A stretch of DNA of 62,012 nt from Campylobacterales bacterium (lineage in GTDB: Bacteria > Campylobacterota > Campylobacteria > Campylobacterales > QNZT01). The stretch covers positions 1 through 62,012 of the forward strand of contig JAMONX010000156.1 in NCBI GenBank assembly GCA_027066435.1. The letters are read 5' to 3'. The notes under the pieces were generated by a model that did not search any database, had not been told where the DNA came from, and worked only from the letters and a program-made list of their open reading frames with translations. Positions 55,901 through 62,012 of this stretch are shown piece by piece (within the stretch, counting starts at the first letter, position 1; every line of letters begins with the position of its first letter). Position numbers and translations under genes: made by a program.

Positions 55901-56115
55901 TCAGTTAAAACCTTCTCTTTATATCTAACATCTTTTAGTGTGATATTTGTAAGTAAATTTCCCTCAAGTTTACTATACTCTAACCCATAAGATGATGTTA
56001 CTTTTTCAATAACATAATTTAAGCTTTTTTGTGAAGATAGCAGAAAAAAAAGTAGTGTTGAAAAAAGGATTAAAAACTCCACAAAACCTAAAAAGTAGAT
56101 AGTCTTTATTTTCAA
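52966..56115 (-). CDS. tamB: TamB-like translocation and assembly module inner-membrane protein (DUF490 C-terminus)
   Basis: N-terminal TM anchor, about 1000 aa of beta-rich sequence, C-terminal LSNEGDSSKAAISMFGNVFAKELV...LEVGKKISRKMTIIY. Overlaps the upstream Omp85 gene by 4 nt. Confidence 0.6.
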   Translation of the reverse strand: MKIKTIYFLGFVEFLILFSTLLFFLLSSQKSLNYVIEKVTSSYGLEYSKLEGNLLTNITLKDVRYKEKVLTEIAHLDINFKALLTAQIKVDVLTLEKVDLSVLEQLIKDEFEKKQEINKSNVLPPISITSLFFSTKPYNKHDINMDEFKFTANDIKGNLTNLEIGGFSLYTENDYTNITADGTLKNKILDFNHLWITNIDLEKIEEFYVTKIKNQESNESKTKKEKNFSNLISLLKIKDFQTNIKPYNYHKYDIKKLKIKALELKTDFKVFSASQTFITSKTNMWDLSSQGKLVDSTLISSVEVILNDKYFKKFIPFFDHNKIKPINLSLEVNKDGLSSTVYLQSSNLLSGNLKDLNLKVENAKADVALSFHPVYLDVQIDGNLSTKYNKSIALKSSLLYDHNFSYTGNLKFDNLQNLDKNIIKLMQNNNIDFYGDTHKIGAKLENRNLTAEYISKIYEKGVLEIKSNSININEYISALPQELATLKGSIKAQVPIDFHNITKLDADIEIDSNAISAKGNLSYVDGFMLNADLLLAKNSILQNFDKNIKLKSFFPIKVKTSFTTQNIDANIMHKDFLSFIQYDLNSKALDATLTIADEKFTLKGNLNKKLYLKLSTNSLKTFQEKALQFYNFTKEPIDGEVEVVCAYDDKKGFDFHVASRWFVYEYQENKFLFAEKIKFNLTKKEEFYKLQYYYFSIYLDYDRVFLANEPSTFIFKDKKIEIKNLLINNKANLTGNYDFKKSSGIFNLDTKKYHYKGKEGDINFNAKIKATLKPESTNIEGAVDILNGVITYESKKEYFVQDDDIIIIQKENELKALKKENNLIVDISLHSNNPILYKVDNTQIELKLDLQLWKERQKEFELLGLVKLIKGTHIESKKEFKIENGEIIFAGPIINPFLNINLEHESDPYLIDININGLLDSPIINFSSTPFLTQSDILSILLFNSTTEELLSNEGDSSKAAISMFGNVFAKELVENFGIKLDKLVLTTNNEGKFGLEVGKKISRKMTIIYINDIVQTIKIKYQHSKQFETDFTFSPNASGIDFLYKNEY

Positions 56116-57833
56116 AATGATTGACCTATTTGAAAGTGTAACGCATATTGTGAATGGTTATTTACATCCATCGCCAAATCAAGCTTTACAGGACCAATTG
56201 GCGAAATATATCGAACGCCAATTCCTACAGAGTGGACAAAATCTATACTAAACCTATGGCTATCCTTACTTAAAAGTGTTGAATCCCAAAAGAGTGCACC
56301 GTCAAACTTTTTATAGAGTTGATGACTCATCTCAAGAGTTGTATCGATAAGTGTCTCGCCTCCTGTTTGTGGATACTTTGCATCAAATGCCCCTAGAGTG
56401 TTATATCCATATCCTCTATTGCTAAATGAACCTCCTGCAAAAAAGAGTTTAGATGCAGGAAGTCTGTTTGCATACTCCTGAATTAATCCTATTTTTCCTT
56501 TGGCGGCAAATGTATATAAACCTAAAGTATATATGGCTCTACCTTCAGTGATAGATTTTAGGTAAGTACTACTATCTTTTAAAAGGTCTATACCTGTTTC
56601 AATATATTGACTAAGATAAATACCATTTTTAGGATTGATTTTTGAATCTCTAAGGTCTAAACTAATTTTTCCAAAAGGGAAAAGAAGATTAAAATCTCCA
56701 TCTTGGAAATTATCTACATTTTTAAGTTTTTCTATATTAATTCTCTCTAATCCTACTCCAAAATCTACACTTATTACATCATAATCTTTTAAAAGATGTA
56801 GATAGTTGGAATATTTCCTCTCAACAAAGTTAAGAAATTCAAATTTTGAATATGAAAGGGTATTTTTTAGATCTAAGTAATAGTGACCTTTAAAAGGAAG
56901 TTTCACAAATGCTGGCCAATATATAGTATTTGTTGCATATTTCTCTTTTTGAGAATATTTAAAATCCATTGCAATTTTTCTAGCATTTCCTGCAAAGTTT
57001 CTTCTCTCCCAACGAAAAATACCTCTAGGACCGATATTTGTTTCATATCCAACCCCTAGCTCAATTCTGGTTTTTTTCTCTTTCTCTTTTAGATGAATTT
57101 TTACATCAACTAAATCTTCTTTCTTATCAAGGTCTATATTAATCCCATCAAATGCTTCAAGCCCTGAAATCGTACTGTAACTTCTATTTACATTTTTTAA
57201 GCTATATCTATCTCCTTGTTCAAAATTAAGTCGTGAAAAAATTATCTTTTTTTTAATATTTTGAGGTGTATCTACCATTATTTTACCAAAATAGCATGGG
57301 TTATTTCTCTTTAGTTTATAATCTAATGAGACAATATCTTTTTCTATATCTACTCTAGCTTTTGCATCTAACTGATAATTGCAATAACCTTCTTCTAGCA
57401 TTAAGTTTTTAATCTCTTTTTTTATTTCACTAAACTCTTTAGTACGAAACCTTTTTGATTTTTTAAATGTAATAATTTTATCTATATTTTCATCACTGTG
57501 TATTGAAATATCTTTTATAAGGATTGGCAATCCTTCATCAATTTTAAATATCACACTCTCATTTGTCTCAATTTTTTTAATAGTTGAGTTATAAAATCCT
57601 TCTGACTTATAGAAATAATCTAAAGACTCACTTATAGTTGGTATGATCTTTATGTTTATATCAGGGTTTTTATCTTTCCAAAATTTATACCAAGGTCTAG
57701 TCTCTATACCTAGAGCATCGTAGAGTTTTGAAGATTTTAGTTCACCGTTTATCTCAAATATGAGTTTTTTTTCTGAGTTAGCTTGAAGTAAAAAAGGTAG
57801 TAGAACGATTATAACAATAAAGTAAAATCGCAC
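56112..57833 (-). CDS. tamA: Omp85-family outer membrane protein (TamA/BamA-like)
   Basis: Signal peptide, POTRA-like N-terminal region, C-terminal beta-barrel ending ...YALHFQIGQSF (terminal aromatic). Confidence 0.65.
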   Translation of the reverse strand: MRFYFIVIIVLLPFLLQANSEKKLIFEINGELKSSKLYDALGIETRPWYKFWKDKNPDINIKIIPTISESLDYFYKSEGFYNSTIKKIETNESVIFKIDEGLPILIKDISIHSDENIDKIITFKKSKRFRTKEFSEIKKEIKNLMLEEGYCNYQLDAKARVDIEKDIVSLDYKLKRNNPCYFGKIMVDTPQNIKKKIIFSRLNFEQGDRYSLKNVNRSYSTISGLEAFDGINIDLDKKEDLVDVKIHLKEKEKKTRIELGVGYETNIGPRGIFRWERRNFAGNARKIAMDFKYSQKEKYATNTIYWPAFVKLPFKGHYYLDLKNTLSYSKFEFLNFVERKYSNYLHLLKDYDVISVDFGVGLERINIEKLKNVDNFQDGDFNLLFPFGKISLDLRDSKINPKNGIYLSQYIETGIDLLKDSSTYLKSITEGRAIYTLGLYTFAAKGKIGLIQEYANRLPASKLFFAGGSFSNRGYGYNTLGAFDAKYPQTGGETLIDTTLEMSHQLYKKFDGALFWDSTLLSKDSHRFSIDFVHSVGIGVRYISPIGPVKLDLAMDVNNHSQYALHFQIGQSF

Positions 57834-57882
57834 AACTACCTCCGTTAGATTATATTAGTGATTATAGCAGAAGAATCTTTGG

Positions 57883-58488
57883 TTAAAAACCAAAATCACT
57901 CCAACTCATTTTATATACAATCCCATCTATATTTTCATACTCATCATACAGTGTGATATCTATATAATACTCATCAACAACATCCAAGTATATAGTAATG
58001 CCATCATTGTCAGTAATTCTTAAGCTTCCAGCATAGGGGCTATAACGATATACTCCATAAAACTCTTTTACTGTTTCAAAATTTACTGATCCAATTATTG
58101 TATTACTTATAGTTCCATTGTAAGTATAGTGATAGTCATAGCTATCATCATAATATTCATATACCATATTTTTTAAAAGTATGGTTCTATAACCATCTTC
58201 ATATAACCAGAGTAGATTAGTAGCACTATATATATACAGTTTTTTACTATAACTATCAAAATCATATATTGAGCTGAGATGTCCATCAAGTTCTGCATAG
58301 TTTTGTGGTTCTTTTGAACTTGCATCTTCTATTATTAGTTGTGATCTCAAAACTGTACCAACAATATTTTTTACATTTTGTCTATCAAGTCTGTTATAAT
58401 CGTAATCGTAATCGTCAGAAATTATCACCCCACACCCAGAAAATGTAAAGGCAAGAAGTATTGATGTGATAAAATATTTTACTTTCAT
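57883..58488 (-). CDS. Tyr/Asp-rich lipoprotein
   Basis: Lipobox FSGC. Confidence 0.55.
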   Translation of the reverse strand: MKVKYFITSILLAFTFSGCGVIISDDYDYDYNRLDRQNVKNIVGTVLRSQLIIEDASSKEPQNYAELDGHLSSIYDFDSYSKKLYIYSATNLLWLYEDGYRTILLKNMVYEYYDDSYDYHYTYNGTISNTIIGSVNFETVKEFYGVYRYSPYAGSLRITDNDGITIYLDVVDEYYIDITLYDEYENIDGIVYKMSWSDFGF

Positions 58489-58547
58489 GACTATCTCCTT
58501 AAGTTAGTTTTACCTAAGTATAAAATAAAATCGTGAAAATATAGTGA

Positions 58548-59066
58548 TTAAAAATCTACCTCTTCACTTATGACATCCATCCCAGCACCGTGTTGAAAAA
58601 CTAATTCATGTCCTATTTTTACTTCATACCAAAGTGTTATTAATGCACCTATCATCAATGCAGTTACCAAATATCTAAGCCCCTCTTTTTTAATTGAAAT
58701 AGAAAAAGCTTTTAAAATCATTAAAAAAATGTAGATATAAACTAAATATTTACCAATATTTTGATGGCTATCGAGTAGATTTTGACCTGGGATTGATAAT
58801 ATAGGCTTTATATCAGGAGAAGCAGCAAAGCCAGAGATATATGCCAAAAGTATAAAACCTCCACCGAGGTAAAAGAGTACATTTGCAGCATTGTTGTAGC
58901 CTTTATCTGGACTAGTAAGTGAAATCCATTGAAGAACAAATGCGATTACAGGAAGAACAAAAGCAAAATGTACAAAAATATGGTGTTGATATGCTAAATC
59001 AAAAGGTAATTTATCTACATATTCATAAAATTTTAACTCCAAGCCTGCCATATCTATCATAAACAA
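58548..59066 (-). CDS. Four-TM membrane protein, unknown function
   Basis: Hydrophobic helices; the start may be the internal MIDM. Confidence 0.45.
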   Translation of the reverse strand: MFMIDMAGLELKFYEYVDKLPFDLAYQHHIFVHFAFVLPVIAFVLQWISLTSPDKGYNNAANVLFYLGGGFILLAYISGFAASPDIKPILSIPGQNLLDSHQNIGKYLVYIYIFLMILKAFSISIKKEGLRYLVTALMIGALITLWYEVKIGHELVFQHGAGMDVISEEVDF

Positions 59067-59164
59067 CTCCTAGTTTTAATTATCTAATGTTAGTTTAATC
59101 GCTCTTATAGGGTACTTACAAAGATATTTTGATAAAATGCCAAAAAAAAATTTAAGGTTAGAAA

Positions 59165-60697
59165 TTGAGAGCATTGATTAGTGTGAGTGATAAAGAGGGA
59201 ATAGTGTTATTTGCCAAAGAGTTAGAAGAGCTTGGTTTTGAGATAATCTCAACTGGCGGAACTTTTAGGCTGTTAAAAGAGGAGGGTATAAAAGCTCTTG
59301 AAATCAGTGAAGTAACAAAGTTTCCTGAAATGTTTGATGGCAGAGTAAAAACATTAAACCCTTATATTCATGGGGGAATTTTACACAAAAGAGATTCAGA
59401 TGCACATGTGCAAACAGCAAAAGAGCACAATATCAAAGCTATAGATTTAGTTTGTGTAAATCTATATCCATTTAAAGAGACCATTAACAAAACTGATGAC
59501 TTTGATGAAATCATAGAAAATATTGATATCGGTGGACCTGCGATGGTTAGAAGTGCTGCAAAAAATTTCAATGATGTTTTGATAGTTACAGATATAACCG
59601 ATTATGATGAAGTAATTAAAAGAGTAAAAGATGATTCCAATACGATGGAGTTTAGACGAGATTTGATGATAAAAGCATATGAGCATACCGCCGCTTATGA
59701 TTCAATGATAGCAAACTATATGAACAGAAGATTTAATAGTGGTTTTGGGGATAAACAGTTTATCGTAGGTAAAAAAGCATTTGATACAAGGTATGGCGAA
59801 AACCCTCATCAAAAAGGGGCATTATATGAGTTTGATAGTTTCTTTACAGATAACTTCAAAGCTCTAAAAGGTGAAGCTAGTTTTAATAACATGACAGACA
59901 TAAATGGAGCAATTAAAATTGCTGCCTCATTTGGTACAGATAAGGCAGTCTCTATCATCAAACATGCCAATCCTTGTGGTTTTGCTATAAAAGATACTCT
60001 ATACGATAGCTATGTTGAAGCTCTAAGATGCGATCCTATCTCTGCATTTGGTGGGGTAGTTGCTATAAATGGATTGTTAGATGAGAAATTAGCACTAAAG
60101 ATAAATGAGATTTTTACAGAGGTCATAATCGCAGCAAAGGTAAGTCCCAAAGCACTAAAAGTTTTTGAGAGTAAAAAGAGAATTAAGATATTTACTCAAG
60201 ATGCAGAGTATCTGACTCTTGCTAATGATCTGTATGATTTTAAACATATTGATGGTGGATTTGTCTATCAAGATAGTGACAAAGTAGGGGAGAGTGAAGT
60301 AAGAGATGCAAAAGTTGTTTCAAAACTAGAAGCATCCAAAGACGAGAAAAAAGATCTTGAAATTGCATATAAAGTTGCATCTTTAACAAAATCAAACTGT
60401 GTAGTATATGTCAAAAATGGCTCAATGGTAGCAATAGGAATGGGAATGACAAGCCGAGTAGACGCTGCTAAATGTGCCCTTAAAAAAGCAATAGAGAGCG
60501 GTTTGGATGTTAGCGGTTCTTCTCTTGCTAGTGAAGCATTTTTTCCTTTTCGTGACTCAATTGATGCAGCTGCCAAAGCAGGGGTAAAAGCTATTATCGA
60601 ACCAGGTGGAAGTATCAGAGATGATGAAGTAATACAAGCAGCTGATGAACATGGCATGAGTCTATATTTTAGTGAAGTTAGGCATTTTTTACATTAA
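59165..60697 (+). CDS. purH: Bifunctional AICAR transformylase / IMP cyclohydrolase
   Basis: TTG start. [57 protein letters not shown]. Confidence 0.97.
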   Translation: MRALISVSDKEGIVLFAKELEELGFEIISTGGTFRLLKEEGIKALEISEVTKFPEMFDGRVKTLNPYIHGGILHKRDSDAHVQTAKEHNIKAIDLVCVNLYPFKETINKTDDFDEIIENIDIGGPAMVRSAAKNFNDVLIVTDITDYDEVIKRVKDDSNTMEFRRDLMIKAYEHTAAYDSMIANYMNRRFNSGFGDKQFIVGKKAFDTRYGENPHQKGALYEFDSFFTDNFKALKGEASFNNMTDINGAIKIAASFGTDKAVSIIKHANPCGFAIKDTLYDSYVEALRCDPISAFGGVVAINGLLDEKLALKINEIFTEVIIAAKVSPKALKVFESKKRIKIFTQDAEYLTLANDLYDFKHIDGGFVYQDSDKVGESEVRDAKVVSKLEASKDEKKDLEIAYKVASLTKSNCVVYVKNGSMVAIGMGMTSRVDAAKCALKKAIESGLDVSGSSLASEAFFPFRDSIDAAAKAGVKAIIEPGGSIRDDEVIQAADEHGMSLYFSEVRHFLH

Positions 60698-60786
60698 CAT
60701 ATCATCAATCAAGATATACCAAAGCATTTGACATCGAGTAGCCTTAAAATATAATTTAAGTATAATAATTAATTAATTTAAAAAGG

Positions 60787-61518
60787 TTGATATTTATGCA
60801 ATACTTTGAACTCAAATGCACAGCATACTTAAAAAATAACATACACTTCAAAGAGAGTTTTGAAAAACTCTCAAAATATATCAGCTACTCAATGGCACAG
60901 GACAAAGAGTTAAAAATCATCCATGAGAGTAAAGGTTTTAAACACTACTCTTTTGGCGGACTTTTGCCCATAGAGAGAGAAAAAATCTACAAAAAAGGAA
61001 ATAACTACTCATTTACCATTCACTCTATTGGTGAAAAACTAATAGATACACTCTCACAAGAACTAAGAAAAAATATCAACAATCCAAATCTACTCATCGT
61101 TGAAACTCATAAAAAAACAGTAAAACAGTTTTTTGTCAACGAACTCTACTCAGCAACTCCTGTTATAGTCACCGTAGAAGATGGTTTTCACTGGACAATA
61201 GAAAAAGATGGAAATATCTTAAAGTTACAAAAACAGTTACATGATAACTTAGAGAAAAAATATCAAGATTTTTATGGAGAAAAACTAAAAGCAGAGCAAA
61301 ATTTTATACAACTGTTGGAGATAAAAAACAGAGTCCCACAAACTATACAGATAACTAAAAATAATAAAAAGATACGATTCTTTGGGAATAAGTTTAGGAT
61401 TGTGCCAAATGAAGATGAAGTTAGCCAGAAGTTGGTATTTTTGGCTTTGGGGTGTGGTTTGGGTGAGAAGAACTCGTTTGGTGGTAGTTTTTTGTTGGGT
61501 AAAGGGACGAGAGTATGA
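60787..61518 (+). CDS. cas6: CRISPR-associated endoribonuclease Cas6
   Basis: About 240 aa. N-terminal YFELKCTAYLKNNIHFKES pattern, C-terminal Gly-rich loop GCGLGEKNSFGGSFLLGKG (GhGxxxxxGhG-like). Probable start at MQYFEL (60796). Confidence 0.6.
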   Translation: MIFMQYFELKCTAYLKNNIHFKESFEKLSKYISYSMAQDKELKIIHESKGFKHYSFGGLLPIEREKIYKKGNNYSFTIHSIGEKLIDTLSQELRKNINNPNLLIVETHKKTVKQFFVNELYSATPVIVTVEDGFHWTIEKDGNILKLQKQLHDNLEKKYQDFYGEKLKAEQNFIQLLEIKNRVPQTIQITKNNKKIRFFGNKFRIVPNEDEVSQKLVFLALGCGLGEKNSFGGSFLLGKGTRV

Positions 61519-61907
61519 TTAAAGAGATTGTGGATATTGGAAGAGTATCAAATAGATTTGGTTCAGTTTTTACTTTTAAAGGATTGCCAGAATATTATGT
61601 TGAAATTCTATTAGAATGGAATGGTCAAGAATTTGATTTTAAATTAAATGAAAAAGTAAAACATCTGTCAGAAGATGAAGAATATTCTCATATAGGTCAG
61701 GAGCTTTATTTAAAATATGGAGTGCATAGAGGTAAAAAAAGTAATATTATCTATATTTTTCCTACTTCTTTTATTTATGAAAGCAAAGATAAAGTTATTG
61801 AACAGATATTAAATTTTTTAGTAACAGAGACAAAATATAATCAAATTTTTGATACTTTGAAGAAATTAGAATTTGGTGTTCTAGAATATGGCAGATTCGA
61901 CTCATAA
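61515..61907 (+). CDS. Short ORF translationally coupled to cas6; possibly the 5' fragment of a cas large-subunit (cas8b-like) gene cut by the IS30 element
   Basis: ATGA overlap with cas6. At 130 aa it is far shorter than any Cas8. Its stop is adjacent to the end of the convergent IS30 transposase. Confidence 0.3.
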   Translation: MIKEIVDIGRVSNRFGSVFTFKGLPEYYVEILLEWNGQEFDFKLNEKVKHLSEDEEYSHIGQELYLKYGVHRGKKSNIIYIFPTSFIYESKDKVIEQILNFLVTETKYNQIFDTLKKLEFGVLEYGRFDS

Positions 61908-62012
61908 GCGAATACCCTTAACCAAAACTATAGCATCTAAACCTGTAAGTTCCATAAAAGCCTCATAAGGAGTTGCATAATCAAGACACTTTCTAGGTCT
62001 TGAATTCAACCT
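61902..62012 (-). mobile_element. IS30-family transposase, 3' end (partial at window edge)
   Basis: Minus-strand hand translation: RLNSRPRKCLDYATPYEAFMELTGLDAIVLVKGIRL*. This matches the conserved IS30 C-terminal LNxRPRKxLxxxTPxExF block. Stop TGA at 61902-61904. Confidence 0.75.

Noticed and set aside
60698-60786. Looked for a CRISPR array or leader next to cas6
   Set aside because: No direct repeats are visible between purH and cas6 or elsewhere in the window.

Overview
AT-rich bacterial chromosome segment. The gene content looks like a Campylobacterota (epsilonproteobacterial) genome: fliN next to an enlarged FliO-like gene, NnrS, ChaN, TamAB, weak Shine-Dalgarno usage. That assignment is inference; no searches were run. 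The window falls into three parts. (1) About 77-16480 is an accessory defence-type island next to a tRNA(CAU) gene. It holds a translationally coupled pair (a ComEC-type metallo-beta-lactamase protein and a roughly 1920-aa protein), a complete type I R-M operon (hsdM-hsdS-hsdR), a truncated toxin-like remnant, a DUF4143-type AAA ATPase, and a small cassette whose first gene has two in-frame stops. The large protein has an N-terminal trypsin-like serine protease, TPR-like repeats, a possible PIN-like segment and no visible P-loop. This pair is my best candidate for an uncharacterised defence or conflict system. (2) About 16.5-60.7 kb is mostly housekeeping or envelope genes: lipoproteins, ChaN, a pseudouridine synthase, VapBC, NnrS, an XpaC/TelA/SPFH-GYF/zinc-ribbon membrane-stress operon, argD, a TolC-like protein, thiS, a hybrid HK-Hpt-REC/EAL phosphorelay, a YbjQ-YbjQ-M48 module, a VWA protein, fliN, uvrA, bfr, mscS, cmoB, tamAB and purH. 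(3) 60.8-62.0 kb is the start of a cas operon: cas6 plus a short second ORF abutted by the 3' end of an IS30-family transposase at the window edge. Smaller observations include a 108-bp direct duplication of the nnrS 3' end flanking a single HExxH gene, a 12-nt in-frame tandem repeat in a lipoprotein gene, a roughly 45-nt element repeated upstream of both island operons, and an unannotated 32-codon hydrophobic ORF. All functional calls rest on motifs read by eye from the supplied translations.
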